Shown here piece by piece: positions 31,755 to 42,199 of a DNA stretch of 64,000 nt (positions are counted from its first letter, which is position 1; the number at the start of each line of letters is the position of its first letter). Position numbers and translations under genes: made by a program. A model generated the notes under the pieces. That model was not told the origin of the DNA and did no database searches. It saw nothing but the letters and a program-made list of their open reading frames with translations. This stretch comes from an uncultured delta proteobacterium (GTDB taxonomy: Bacteria > Desulfobacterota > Binatia > UBA9968). Where the stretch lies: the NCBI GenBank assembly GCA_963840855.1, contig CAWJBB010000084.1, positions 1-64,000 of the forward strand. The letters are read 5' to 3'.

Positions 31755-33224
31755 ATGCAGACGGGTTCCTATGTAAACGGCAATTGGTTTCATCCTAAAT
31801 CCCCGCGGCTCGTGCGCAACGTCAATCCCGCTGATCCCGACGATGTACTCGCCGAATTTCCCGCCGCGACGGCCGCGGACGTTGAAACCGCCATCGATGC
31901 GGCGCAGGCCGCTTCTCGAGGCTGGAAGAATACCCCTGGCCCGGAGCGGGGCCGCGTGCTGTGGCGCGCGGCCGATATCGCGCGACAACGGGCAGACGAA
32001 ATCGCCCGCACGCTCACACGCGAAGAAGGCAAAGTGCTCAAAGAAGCCAAAGGGGAAGTGATGAAAGGCATCTCGCTGCTCGAATTCTATGCCGGCGAGG
32101 GTTTTCGCATGCATGGAAAGACGTTGCCATCGGAAGCGCGCGACACCTTTACCTACACGATCCGCCGGCCGCTTGGCGTGGTCGGGCTCATTGCGCCGTG
32201 GAATTTTCCCTGGGCGATCCCGGTCTGGAAAAGCGCGCCAGCGCTCGCCGCGGGCAATTGCGTTATCTTCAAGCCCGCCGAACTCACCCCAGCGACTGCG
32301 ACACTGCTCACGGAGATTTACGCAGCAGCCGGGCTGCCACCGGGCGTGTTCAATATGATCGTCGGCTCCGGCTCGGTGGTCGGCGAAGCGATGGTTCACT
32401 CGCCCGTGCTCCGGGCGATATCGTTTACAGGCTCCAACGAGATTGGCGGCGCGCTCTACGGTAAAGCGGCCCAGCGTGGAGCGAAGGTCACCTGCGAAAT
32501 GGGCGGCAAGAACGCGGTTATCGTGATGGCTGACGCCGATCTCGATAAAGCCGCCATCGCCATCCACGGCGGCGCTTTTGGCTCAACCGGCCAGCGCTGC
32601 ACGGCAACGTCGCGTGTGATCGCGAATCCGGCGATCAAAGACGCGCTGCTGGAGCGCCTGGTGGAAGGCGCAAAGAAAATCAAAATTGGTCCGGGTCTGG
32701 ACGAAACCGTGGACATGGGACCGGCGGTGGACGAGAAACAATGGAGGACCGACTTCGACTATATCAACATCGGGCAACAGGAGGGCGCCCGTTTAGTCCT
32801 AGGCGGGAAGAAACCGGAGCAACTCGGCAAAGGCTACTTCGTTGAGCCGACGATCTTCGACAATGTCGCGCCGGGCATGCGTGTTTTCAAGGAAGAAATC
32901 TTCGGCCCCGTGCTCGCCGTAACAACGGCGAAGACTCTCGATGAGGCCCTCGCCTTCGCCAACGGCGTCGAGTACGGCCTGACCACATCGATCTTCACGG
33001 AGAACATAGACACGATCATGAACTTCGTCGAAGAAGTCGAAACCGGCATGGTGCACGTCAACGAGCCGACCATAGGCGGCGAAGCGCAGCTTCCATTCGG
33101 CGGCACCAAGGCCACCGGCGTCGGCGAGCGCGAGATGGCCGAGGAAGGTTTGAATTTTTTTACCGAGTTAAAAACCGTGTTCATCAACTACTCCGGCAAG
33201 GCCGAGCGATTGATGATACGATAA
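31755..33224 (+). CDS. Aldehyde dehydrogenase
   Basis: IAPWNFP, FTGS, EMGGKN, GQRCTA and EEIFGPV motifs. Confidence 0.96.
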   Translation: MQTGSYVNGNWFHPKSPRLVRNVNPADPDDVLAEFPAATAADVETAIDAAQAASRGWKNTPGPERGRVLWRAADIARQRADEIARTLTREEGKVLKEAKGEVMKGISLLEFYAGEGFRMHGKTLPSEARDTFTYTIRRPLGVVGLIAPWNFPWAIPVWKSAPALAAGNCVIFKPAELTPATATLLTEIYAAAGLPPGVFNMIVGSGSVVGEAMVHSPVLRAISFTGSNEIGGALYGKAAQRGAKVTCEMGGKNAVIVMADADLDKAAIAIHGGAFGSTGQRCTATSRVIANPAIKDALLERLVEGAKKIKIGPGLDETVDMGPAVDEKQWRTDFDYINIGQQEGARLVLGGKKPEQLGKGYFVEPTIFDNVAPGMRVFKEEIFGPVLAVTTAKTLDEALAFANGVEYGLTTSIFTENIDTIMNFVEEVETGMVHVNEPTIGGEAQLPFGGTKATGVGEREMAEEGLNFFTELKTVFINYSGKAERLMIR

Positions 33225-33271
33225 ACAGAAAAGGCGCATAGCCGAGAAACCATGCACCTCAAATCTGTGAA

Positions 33272-33297
33272 GCGGGCGCAGCACGCTGCGCCCCTAC
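33272..33297 (-). repeat. GTAG-type REP element
   Basis: Reverse complement GTAG-GGGCGCAGC-GT-GCTGCGCCC-GC; a similar palindrome lies at about 48806-48832. Confidence 0.7.
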
Positions 33298-33324
33298 TCA
33301 CGCCTGTCGCCTAACGCCTCGTGC

Positions 33325-33711
33325 CTATTCCTTGTCGAGCGGCGCCGCACCCTGCCAGTGGCCAACGTCGACGACGATATCCTCGGGGCCGACGAATTTG
33401 TCTTCATAATAGGCCGTGCCCAAATTTATTGCCCCAGCTTTCTTGGCGCCGGCGGCTTCCAACATACGGAAGGTCTCCTGATCATTCTCGGCCGTAAAGC
33501 CAATATGGTCGATGCCCGGCTGTTTCGTCGGCGCGCCATCCGCCGTGCCGGCTCGTAACGGCAGGACAGTTATGTTGACCGAGCCATCGCTCAGGTCAAT
33601 GGCATTATTCTTGCGCTTCTGGACCATCTTCATACCCATGGCATCGACGAAAAACTTGGCCATAGCATCGACGTCCGCCGCCCGATATGCGATATGCCTT
33701 ATCTTAGCCAT
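33325..33711 (-). CDS. VOC/glyoxalase family protein
   Basis: KIRHIAY...GIDHIGF. Confidence 0.85.
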   Translation of the reverse strand: MAKIRHIAYRAADVDAMAKFFVDAMGMKMVQKRKNNAIDLSDGSVNITVLPLRAGTADGAPTKQPGIDHIGFTAENDQETFRMLEAAGAKKAGAINLGTAYYEDKFVGPEDIVVDVGHWQGAAPLDKE

Positions 33712-33768
33712 AACTTTTTCTCCTTGTTTACCACAGTCGTCTTTAAAAAGTTTTTCCTATCCTCGTCG

Positions 33769-33895
33769 CCAGCCTGATCAAAAAGGCCCAGATGCGAGGC
33801 GCGCGATGGATCGACGAGCGCAGGCGTACTCCCACAGTACGTCGAAGCGAGGCGACCGAGCGCAACGAAGCAGGTGGTCTTTTTCATCGGGCTGG
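33769..33895. repeat. About 127-bp MITE-like element with imperfect terminal inverted repeats
   Basis: CCAGCCTGATCAAAAAGGCCCAGATGC ... GCAGGTGGTCTTTTTCATCGGGCTGG; internal GCGTAC..GTACGT palindrome. Confidence 0.65.
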
Positions 33896-33896
33896 C

Positions 33897-34400
33897 CTAT
33901 CCGCCATAAAAGACCTTGTCGCCTAGATCCCGCATCGCCAATATCGCGTCATCGGGCCTTCCCGATGGTTGCACGGCGACACCAGCGTCTTTCACCTCGC
34001 CGACAAAAATCGAGTGATCGCCCATTTCAACCGTATTGACGAGGGAACATTCAACAAATGCTGGGGCCGTTTCCAAAATCGGCGCGCCCAGAGAGCCCTT
34101 GCGAAATGCTTCCCCGCCGATGCTGTTGCCCTCGCGCTCCAGCGATTTGAAGAACGTGAAAGCTTGCCCCTTTTGCTCCTTGCCAAGCATGTTTAACGCG
34201 AAGACTTTCGTTTCTTTAATGATTGCATGGGCCCCCGAATCCGCCTTCACGCCAACGACCACGAGCGGCGGCTGAAACGCGGTCTGGGTCACCCAGTTGA
34301 CCGTCGCGGCGGCCACTTTACCGTCTTTGTTTTCGGCGGTAAGGACGTAAATCCCGTAGGGGATCATGCGCAATGCGGTTTTTTTAGCATCTACATCCAT
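33897..34400 (-). CDS. Flavin reductase-like protein
   Basis: PYGIYVLT, WVTQTAFQPP and GDHSIFVGEV motifs. Confidence 0.92.
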   Translation of the reverse strand: MDVDAKKTALRMIPYGIYVLTAENKDGKVAAATVNWVTQTAFQPPLVVVGVKADSGAHAIIKETKVFALNMLGKEQKGQAFTFFKSLEREGNSIGGEAFRKGSLGAPILETAPAFVECSLVNTVEMGDHSIFVGEVKDAGVAVQPSGRPDDAILAMRDLGDKVFYGG

Positions 34401-34506
34401 TTTTTAAACTTCCTTTCCGCTTGAGATTTTGTCTGCCGCACCATTTGTCCTTTTGACTCGCGATTCTATGGGAGCCAAGTCGATTCCGCAAGCCTCGATC
34501 TCCTCG

Positions 34507-34603
34507 GTTCAATTTTCAAAGTTCAAGGTACGCATTTCGGTCCTTTGTTGAAGTGTTGGCATTGGTTCCCCTAACTTTGAACCTTGAACCTTGAACTTTG
34601 AAC
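34507..34603. repeat. Heptamer repeats GTTCAA../TTGAACC, inverted
   Basis: TTTCAAAGTTCAAGG ... CTTTGAACCTTGAACCTTGAACTTTGAACC. Confidence 0.75.
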
Positions 34604-34610
34604 CAATAGG

Positions 34611-35165
34611 CTAGGGCAAGCGAAAAACTACGGCGGCGAAAACATTACCATTGACCTCAAAATCACCGGCTTCAATCATGCCAAGTCCAGCGACGTGCGC
34701 GTGCAGAGAGTGAACATTGTCGCGCGAAACGAGGCCGACGCCGATTTCAAATTGTCCCGCCATTTCTCGCCTTTGCGCCTCATAAAGTCCCCGTAGCAGT
34801 CCCCTTCGGCGAAAGGCACGATCGATACAAACCGGGCCGTAGACGTACGAACGATAGCTGCTGAGTGATTTGCCCTCAAACCCCATGCGCTGGTAGGACG
34901 CGATCATCCTGGCCACCACGGGAGAACCATGATCGAATTCATTGCGAAAGGCGCAGAGAAATCCCGCAACCCTGGCATCGACGACGGCAACCATGATGCC
35001 CAGGTCACCGGCCATCGCCGCGACCTGCTTCTCACTGAAAACCGCTGAGAGAAATCCGTCCTCGCGCTCTGCTGCGGTAAGATTGGCCATGAAATTAGCC
35101 TCGTTCAGGCGCAGGATCTCCGGATAATCCGTGGAGATAGCGCGCCGGTATTGCACCGTCGACAT
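34611..35165 (-). CDS. GNAT family N-acetyltransferase
   Basis: YGPVCIDRAFRRRGLLRGLY acetyl-CoA-binding motif. Confidence 0.85.
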   Translation of the reverse strand: MSTVQYRRAISTDYPEILRLNEANFMANLTAAEREDGFLSAVFSEKQVAAMAGDLGIMVAVVDARVAGFLCAFRNEFDHGSPVVARMIASYQRMGFEGKSLSSYRSYVYGPVCIDRAFRRRGLLRGLYEAQRREMAGQFEIGVGLVSRDNVHSLHAHVAGLGMIEAGDFEVNGNVFAAVVFRLP

Positions 35166-35177
35166 GAAGCCAACTTT

Positions 35178-35693
35178 TTACGAGACAGGGGGCTGCGGCC
35201 AAGCGCTCCTGCCGTTGCCTTTTAACCAACCCGCGGCGAAACCGCCCAGGGCGCCGGCAGGAATCACCGCCACGATGGAGACGAAGTTAAACCATTCCGG
35301 TAACGGCATCGACCGTTCTTGCATAGCCTGCTGGATTAATGACACGATCAGCGATCCCAGTCCAACGAAAGCACCGTGCTTCATCTCCAGTGTTCCTGCC
35401 CTGCGCGCGGCGATAAACCCGCCCAGTGCGGTGCAAAGGCTGCCAATAGCCAGTGCCACCGTAAGACCTTCAGGGGTTAACATGTATTTGGCAATGGCAT
35501 CGTCAGTCATCTCGCCTTGTTCCGATAATTTCTTGGCTAAATAGCCGAAAATAAACGCCGCCATCGCGAGGTGGGTTGCGATGTAATCGACCACTATGCC
35601 GACGATTACCGGCCAAATCTGGACGCCAGTAAAAAATCCGGAGGGCTGGACGGGTGGAGGCACTGTCTCGGTTTGTCTTGGATTGTACTGCAT
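35178..35693 (-). CDS. Hypothetical membrane protein (about 4 TM)
   Basis: Four hydrophobic helices with GGFIAAR and GALGGF motifs. Confidence 0.7.
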   Translation of the reverse strand: MQYNPRQTETVPPPVQPSGFFTGVQIWPVIVGIVVDYIATHLAMAAFIFGYLAKKLSEQGEMTDDAIAKYMLTPEGLTVALAIGSLCTALGGFIAARRAGTLEMKHGAFVGLGSLIVSLIQQAMQERSMPLPEWFNFVSIVAVIPAGALGGFAAGWLKGNGRSAWPQPPVS

Positions 35694-35849
35694 GGCGCAA
35701 CGTCTAATACCGCGACCTAAAGCTGATTTGCAATTAACCGATTATCATATTCACAAGCGGCCATGTTCTCATCGCATAAAATACTCAAACCCGATGTCCC
35801 GCCCAAGCGGCGCAGGACTGCCCCAGGTTTTCTTGGCCGATTGTTTCGG

Positions 35850-36263
35850 CTACTGCCTTTTTCTCCACCGCGGCACCTTCGTCCGATTGGGAATACCATC
35901 ACCGAGGAGCGTCCGGCCCCCGAGCGGAAAGTTCTTCGGCGGAATGGCGCCTAAAATCATATACACCACGTCATTCTTCGAATCATTCCCGATGGCCCTA
36001 TAAACCGTGGGGCCGACCCGGACAATCGTGCCTTCCGGCATCGCGATACGCTTGCCGTCGAGGATGAGCGTGCCGTTTCCCTGTACCGTCAGAAAAACTT
36101 CTTCCTGCACCTTGTGGCGGTGCACGTAGGTCGCCCCCTGGCCCGGTTTGTAGCGCACGAAACTGAACCCCACGCCCTTGCACCCCAGCGGGCGCGACAA
36201 AAACTCCTTTTCCTTCACTTTGCTCAGCGGCATGAATGTCTTTGCGTATCTGGCGGATGCCAT
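35850..36263 (-). CDS. Cupin domain protein
   Basis: HRHKVQEEVFLTVQG motif; start MASARY with a GGGGAG RBS. Confidence 0.85.
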   Translation of the reverse strand: MASARYAKTFMPLSKVKEKEFLSRPLGCKGVGFSFVRYKPGQGATYVHRHKVQEEVFLTVQGNGTLILDGKRIAMPEGTIVRVGPTVYRAIGNDSKNDVVYMILGAIPPKNFPLGGRTLLGDGIPNRTKVPRWRKRQ

Positions 36264-36435
36264 AGTCTCCCCCTGATATAGTATTTCGTTTACCCGGCGA
36301 TTGCAGTCGGCAAACGGCCCTGAAGACATTGCTCGAGGGAGCGGACCTGCCATCCGGTTGACCTTTACGCCGTTGCTAGAGAAAATAACCGCGCATGAGG
36401 GAAAAACGCAACCCTTGAAGCAATGATTTGATGCC

Positions 36436-36894
36436 ATGTTTCACCGTTTCCGATATGAGGCTGAGTTCTATCCGGAGCTGAACCGGTTGCCGCTCCACGT
36501 GCGCATGAAGTTCGACCTCATTGGCATCAAGCTTTCTTTAAAGCAATGGTTGGCCTTTAGCTTTGAGGAGCGTAAAGTGATTTGCCATCTGCCGGTTGAG
36601 AGCGAAGAAGAGCTTGAAGCCTTCGTGGTATATATGAATTTTCTTTGTCGAAGGTACAACGGCAGCGCGGCGCAAACGTTCCCGCCCGTAACGCCGGCGC
36701 TATGGGATACCCCAGGCGACATTCCGGAACCGGTGGTGGAAAACAGTCGAGACAGCGGGCAAGCGATAACCCTCGAAGAATGGACGCACTGGCAATTTCA
36801 CCAGCGCTACGCGCTGTACAAAACCGCGGTCTCGAAAAACGAACCGGAAAAGTTTCTTGCCGTGCTAGCAGAGCTCCGGCAAAGGGAAAGATAG
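36436..36894 (+). CDS. Nitrate reductase-associated protein (NarM-like, Nitr_red_assoc)
   Basis: F.YEAEF...LPLHVRMKFDLIGIKLSLKQW...QRYALYK...EPEKF pattern. Confidence 0.75.
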   Translation: MFHRFRYEAEFYPELNRLPLHVRMKFDLIGIKLSLKQWLAFSFEERKVICHLPVESEEELEAFVVYMNFLCRRYNGSAAQTFPPVTPALWDTPGDIPEPVVENSRDSGQAITLEEWTHWQFHQRYALYKTAVSKNEPEKFLAVLAELRQRER

Positions 36895-36903
36895 CTGACG
36901 TCT

Positions 36904-38844
36904 ATGGTCAAATCCACCGATACATGGGTCACGCGACTGGTTCCCCTGGGCTTGATCGGCCAGACCAAGCCCCGTCACTACCGCGAGCTGTTCGAGGTGT
37001 TATGGGAAAACAAAAGCGACTTGTCCTACGCATGGAATATTCTCAATCACGGTGTATGCGATGGCTGCTCGCTGGGCCCCCACGGTTTGCGCGACAACGC
37101 GCTCGACGGCGTGCACCTGTGCACGACGCGGTTAAAGCTTCTCAGGCTCAACACCCTGAGAGCCCTCGACATATCAGCGCTGGGCGATGTGCAACGCTTG
37201 AGGAATTTCGATCAGGAAAAATTGCGCTCCCTCGGAAGACTTCCGTATCCCATGCTGCGACGCAAAAACCACAAGGGCTTTGTCCGTATCAGCTGGGACG
37301 AAGCTTTTGACGCAATCGCCAAGTCAATCCGCGGCATGGCGCCCAGCGAAATGGGCTTTTTTGCCACCTGCCGCGGCCTCACCAACGAAGTTTATTACGT
37401 GTTTCAGAAACTGGCCCGCACCCTGGGTACCAATAATGTCGATCTCTGTTCGCGCCTGTGTCATGCCGCCAGCGTCTCCGGTCTTAAGAATACGTTAGGC
37501 TTCGGCGCGGCCACTTGTTCTCTCTCTGATTTTATTGGCACCGATCTGCTTGTGCTTTTCGGCACCGACCTGGCCAACAACCAACCAGTAACGACGCAGT
37601 ATATGCATTTCGCGAAGAAGGCGGGCAGCAAAATCATCGTCGTCAGCCCGACGCGCGAGGACAGCCCGGAGCGCTATGGGGTGCCATCGATGATGTTGAG
37701 CGCGCTGTTCGACACCAAGTCAATGGATGATTTCTTCCAGGCGCGCGTGGGCGGCGACATCGCGTTCGTGAACGGCGTGCTCAAAGCCCTGATCGCCGCA
37801 AACCAGTTAGATGGGGATTTTATCGCCAAGCACACCAGCGGATTGCCGAAACTTAAAGAAGCACTTGAACAGCAATCTTGGAAAATATTGGAACAGCGCT
37901 CCGGCCTCTCGCGCGCCGAGATGGAACGCTTCGCGCGCCTTTACGGCGGCGCAAAAACCGCTGTGTTTGTTTACGGCATGGGCTTCACGCAGCACGAGTT
38001 CGGCGTTGAGAACGTCGAGGCCATCGTCAATCTCGCGCTGGCCCGCGGCATGGTCGGCCACGAGAAGTGCGGCATTATGCCGATCCGCGGCGACAGCGGC
38101 GTCCAGGGCGGCGGCGAATGCGGCTCGGAACCGGACGTATTTCCCGGCGGCTTTAGCGTCAACGAGGAAAACGCTCGTCGTTTTTCCAACCTTTGGCGCC
38201 ACCCGGTATCGTCGGCCCTCGGCCTTACGGCTCCGCACATGATCGAAGCCGCCCATCGCGGCGAAATCAAGTTCCTCTATTCCATCGGCGCCAACCTGTT
38301 CGAAACGATGCCTGACCACAATTTCGTTGCCGAATCAATTGCCGGGGTGCCTTTACGCGTGCACCAGGATATCGTTTTGAATGCCTCCATGCTCCTCGAT
38401 GCCGAAGAGGTCGTGCTGCTGCTTCCTGCCCAGACGCGTTACGAACAACGTGGCGGCGGGACCTCGACCAGCACCGAGCGGCGGATTCGATTCACACCCG
38501 AAATACGCGGCCATGGGATCGCCGAAGCGCGGCCCGAGTGGGAAATCCCGGCGCTCATTGGACGCAAGACACTGTCCAATGGTGAGCTGCTGTTCCCCTT
38601 CGATGACACGCAGAGCATTCGCGAGGAAATGGCCCGGGTCATGCCGATGTATCAAGGTATCGATAAACTCGCCAGGGAAGGCGACCAGCTTCAGTGGGGC
38701 GGACCCTACCTTTACAAAGGCGGGTTTACCAACATGCCAAACCAAAGGGCGCGTTTCACGGTCCTCGAACCGCCGGACCGGGACACAGCACCTGGAGATT
38801 TTGCCTCACAATGCGGACTCGATTTCCGGCGAGGCGGATTATAA
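36904..38844 (+). CDS. FdhF/YdeP-family molybdopterin oxidoreductase, C-terminally short
   Basis: GVCDGCSLG, TNNVDLCSRLCHAAS and LLLPAQTRYEQ.GG.TSTSTERRI motifs. Confidence 0.88.
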   Translation: MVKSTDTWVTRLVPLGLIGQTKPRHYRELFEVLWENKSDLSYAWNILNHGVCDGCSLGPHGLRDNALDGVHLCTTRLKLLRLNTLRALDISALGDVQRLRNFDQEKLRSLGRLPYPMLRRKNHKGFVRISWDEAFDAIAKSIRGMAPSEMGFFATCRGLTNEVYYVFQKLARTLGTNNVDLCSRLCHAASVSGLKNTLGFGAATCSLSDFIGTDLLVLFGTDLANNQPVTTQYMHFAKKAGSKIIVVSPTREDSPERYGVPSMMLSALFDTKSMDDFFQARVGGDIAFVNGVLKALIAANQLDGDFIAKHTSGLPKLKEALEQQSWKILEQRSGLSRAEMERFARLYGGAKTAVFVYGMGFTQHEFGVENVEAIVNLALARGMVGHEKCGIMPIRGDSGVQGGGECGSEPDVFPGGFSVNEENARRFSNLWRHPVSSALGLTAPHMIEAAHRGEIKFLYSIGANLFETMPDHNFVAESIAGVPLRVHQDIVLNASMLLDAEEVVLLLPAQTRYEQRGGGTSTSTERRIRFTPEIRGHGIAEARPEWEIPALIGRKTLSNGELLFPFDDTQSIREEMARVMPMYQGIDKLAREGDQLQWGGPYLYKGGFTNMPNQRARFTVLEPPDRDTAPGDFASQCGLDFRRGGL

Positions 38845-38887
38845 TGCGGAGGTTTCCATACAACGGATTATCGCCTAGGGGTCCCTA

Positions 38888-39601
38888 ATGATTTTCCATT
38901 CACTTAGGATTCTTGCCTTCGACGTCTTCGGCACGGTTGTCGATTGGCGATCCAGTGTCATTGCCGAAGGCGAACAACTAGGTAAATCGAAACGCCTTAC
39001 TGTCGACTGGGCGGCGTTCGCCGACGCCTGGCGGAGCGTCTATCGTCCAACCCTCGATCGCGTCCTGTCGGGCGATTTACCATGGACCAAGCTGGATGAT
39101 CTTCATCGCATGTCACTGGAGGAGATGCTCAAGCGCTTCAAGATTGAAGGTTTAGGCGAGGAAGAAATAACCCACTTTAATCATGTCTGGCACCGGCTCA
39201 CGCCCTGGCCCGATTCGGTCCCAGGATTGAACCGCTTAAAGTCGCGCTTCACGATCGCTACTTTGTCCAACGGAAACGTTTCACTGCTCACCAACATGGC
39301 AAAAAACGCCGGTCTACCGTGGGACTGCATCCTGTCGGCTGAAAACGTCCGGCGCTATAAGCCTGACCCTGCCGTTTATCGCCTGGTGCCTGAGCTGTTC
39401 GATCTCAAGCCTGAGCAGGTCATGATGGTCGCGGCCCATGAGCATGATCTGCAAGCCGCGCAAAAGCACGGTCTGCGCGCGGCCTTTGTGCACCGGCCAT
39501 TGGAGCATGGCTCCGGAAAAGAATCGGCTATACCACCGGCGGGACGATATGACATCGTCGCAACGGATTTCCTCGACCTCGCGAGCAAACTCGGAGTTTG
39601 A
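38888..39601 (+). CDS. Haloacid dehalogenase type II
   Basis: FDVFGTVVDW, LSNGN, YKPDP and VAAHEHDL motifs. Confidence 0.93.
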   Translation: MIFHSLRILAFDVFGTVVDWRSSVIAEGEQLGKSKRLTVDWAAFADAWRSVYRPTLDRVLSGDLPWTKLDDLHRMSLEEMLKRFKIEGLGEEEITHFNHVWHRLTPWPDSVPGLNRLKSRFTIATLSNGNVSLLTNMAKNAGLPWDCILSAENVRRYKPDPAVYRLVPELFDLKPEQVMMVAAHEHDLQAAQKHGLRAAFVHRPLEHGSGKESAIPPAGRYDIVATDFLDLASKLGV

Positions 39602-39653
39602 ATTTTTGGCGGCAAACCGCCGCCCTTGCTACTTACTCTTCGTCGATGCCGCC

Positions 39654-41432
39654 TTACCGCATCTGGCACACAACATCCACCAGTGCCGGCTTGCCTTCCT
39701 TCACGACTTTCACCGCTTCGCGCAGCGTCTTGATCAGATCCTTCGGCTCGGTGATGGGTCCCGCGCCCCAGCAGCCGTAGGTCCGCGCCATGGCGCCGAA
39801 GTCGACGTTGGGATCTTCGATGCGGATGCCGATGGTTTTGTTCTCCACCGGGCGGTTACGCACGATGGCGAGCCGCTCCTGGTGCTCTTCGTCGTTGAAA
39901 TAGGAACGGTTGCTGCAAACCACGACCAAGAGTGGAATTTGATGATGCGCCGCCGTCCACAGCCCACTGACGGTAAAAAGCAGATCCCCGTCGGGCTGAA
40001 TATCGACGCAGAATTTGCCGGTGCCTTTGTGCGCCAGCGCCGCGCCCAACGAAGCCGGCAGGCCATAGCCCAATCCCCCGCCCTTGTACTTGCCAAGTAT
40101 CTGATTGAACTTGGCGGCCGGTAAACAGAGATTTTCCTTACTCTGAGAACTGCCGTTGGTAAGCACCCAGTCTTCGCCTTTGAGCGCCCCGGCGAGCTCG
40201 GCGTAGATCCGCGTCATCGATACCGGCTTCTCGTCCCATTTGGTTTTGGTTTCTTTTTCCAGGCCGGCTCTTTTATCTTCGTAGATTTTTCCCCAATCGG
40301 CGCGCCGTCTGTCAATATCGTCCTTCAAGTCATGCAGTTTCTTTTCGGCCTTCAAACGCCGCACCAGCTCGGGCAAAAACACGGACGTATCGGCAAGAAT
40401 CATGAGATCGGCTTCGCGCAGCTTGTTGAAATCCGTCGCCCAGGCGCGCACGAGAAGATCGTCCAGGGCGACGTTGATGATCTTCGCGTTCGCCGGAATA
40501 AGCGAAGTCGCCTTTCTGTTCCCTCTCTCTTGCGCCCTCCGGGTGGTCGCGCCTTCGAGATCCGGCACGTCCAGTGCCAGGATGAGATCTGCTTGCGGAA
40601 TGACCTTGTCCGTTTGTCCGGTCAGATTAAGAGGATTATGGACCGTAAAGTTAAATCGCCCGAACTGGTCGAGCACAGGCGCGGCGAGAAGCTCCGCGAT
40701 CTGGCCCAGGGCGTTGAAACCGGCTTCCTTTCCTCCCACCTGATCGGCGATAATCACCGGCTTCTTCGCTTCGATCAGCCAGCGCATCGTTTTCTCAAAG
40801 CCCTCCTCGGGGGCTTGCAGGGGTAACGGCGCCGGGTAACGATCCAGGGATGGAAACGAAACCTCACCGTCCAATTTTTTTTCCTGCACATCCCCGTCGT
40901 AACAAATATACACCGGTCCCATCGGCGCGGTGGTGGCGAGCCGGTAGCCGCGGATGAACGATTCCGGCACCGCTTCGACGCTTGCGGGTTGATCATCCCA
41001 CTTCACGAAATCGCGCACGAGGTTGCCCTGCACCAGCGCTGTGTGCACCCAGTCGATCCAGGGACGGCGGTTGGCCGTATCCATCGGGCCGGTGCCGCCG
41101 AGAACGATCACGGGCAAACGGTCCGCCCAGGCATTGTAGATCGCCATCGACGCATGCTGCAGGCCGACGATGTCGTGCACGGCGGCCGCCATCGGTTTAC
41201 CCTTGGCGCGCGCGTAGCCATGCGCCAGGGCGACGCAAATTTCTTCGTGATTGCAAAGAATCATCTCCGGCGTATGGTTGCCGCCATAGTTCACCAGCGA
41301 GTCGTGCAAGCCGCGAAAGGTCGCTCCGGGATTTACCGCGATGTATTCGAACTCGAACGCCTTTAGCAGATCGACTACCACGTCGGATCCCCACTCGGCG
41401 CGGGGCTTTTCCAATTTTTGCGCTTTGGCCAT
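39654..41432 (-). CDS. Thiamine pyrophosphate-binding enzyme (acetolactate synthase/benzoylformate decarboxylase-like)
   Basis: NPGATFRGLHDS, HEE and GGGLGYG..PDGDLLF..NRSY motifs. Confidence 0.92.
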   Translation of the reverse strand: MAKAQKLEKPRAEWGSDVVVDLLKAFEFEYIAVNPGATFRGLHDSLVNYGGNHTPEMILCNHEEICVALAHGYARAKGKPMAAAVHDIVGLQHASMAIYNAWADRLPVIVLGGTGPMDTANRRPWIDWVHTALVQGNLVRDFVKWDDQPASVEAVPESFIRGYRLATTAPMGPVYICYDGDVQEKKLDGEVSFPSLDRYPAPLPLQAPEEGFEKTMRWLIEAKKPVIIADQVGGKEAGFNALGQIAELLAAPVLDQFGRFNFTVHNPLNLTGQTDKVIPQADLILALDVPDLEGATTRRAQERGNRKATSLIPANAKIINVALDDLLVRAWATDFNKLREADLMILADTSVFLPELVRRLKAEKKLHDLKDDIDRRRADWGKIYEDKRAGLEKETKTKWDEKPVSMTRIYAELAGALKGEDWVLTNGSSQSKENLCLPAAKFNQILGKYKGGGLGYGLPASLGAALAHKGTGKFCVDIQPDGDLLFTVSGLWTAAHHQIPLLVVVCSNRSYFNDEEHQERLAIVRNRPVENKTIGIRIEDPNVDFGAMARTYGCWGAGPITEPKDLIKTLREAVKVVKEGKPALVDVVCQMR

Positions 41433-41568
41433 GAACGATTCCTTTCTACGTGTAGTGCGTCGCTCTTTTGCGGCAAAAATAGTTTAACGATTCGCCGAGT
41501 GCAATCGTGCCTGTGAACCGTGGTCGTGCTAGTTGACGAACACGAATCGCGAACACGAGCACGGCGTA

Positions 41569-42186
41569 TTAGCGCTTGGGAATCTCCATCCCCCGCTTAA
41601 CCGCCGGCCGCTCTGAAATCGTATCGTACCAACGTTTCACGTTCGGATACTCTTCCAATTTTACTTGATGTATTTCGTGGCGCCACACCCAGGGATAGGT
41701 GGCGATGTCGGCAATCGAATATGCACCGGCAAGATACTCCTTGCGGGCGAGTTCCTGGTCGAGAACGTTGTACAAGCGCCGCGCTTCTTTGTGAAAGCGC
41801 TCGATGGCGTAGGGGACTTTTTCCTTCAGTCGATAAAAATAATTCGCCTGGCCGAACATCGGCCCAACGCCGCCCATCTGAAACATGAGCCATTGAATCA
41901 CCGTGTAGCGCTGGCGCATGTCCGAGGGCCAGAGTTTGCCGGACTTTTCCGCGAGGTACAGCAAAATGGCGCCAGATTCGAATAAAGTAAAAGGTTTATC
42001 GCCCGGTCCGTCGGGGTCGATGATGGCGGGAATTTTGTTGTTCGGATTGATGGCGAGATACTCCGGCTTGAACTGATCCCCCTGACCGAGATTGACCGCA
42101 TGGACTTCGTAGGGCATCCCAAGTTCTTCCAACATGATGGAAACTTTTTTTCCGTTAGGTGTGACCCAGGTGTAGAGTTGAATCAT
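41569..42186 (-). CDS. Glutathione S-transferase (YfcG/YghU class)
   Basis: TPNGKK, NPNNKIP, FESGAIL and WLMFQMGGVGPMFGQ motifs. Confidence 0.93.
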   Translation of the reverse strand: MIQLYTWVTPNGKKVSIMLEELGMPYEVHAVNLGQGDQFKPEYLAINPNNKIPAIIDPDGPGDKPFTLFESGAILLYLAEKSGKLWPSDMRQRYTVIQWLMFQMGGVGPMFGQANYFYRLKEKVPYAIERFHKEARRLYNVLDQELARKEYLAGAYSIADIATYPWVWRHEIHQVKLEEYPNVKRWYDTISERPAVKRGMEIPKR

Positions 42187-42199
42187 TGCTCATTTCCTT

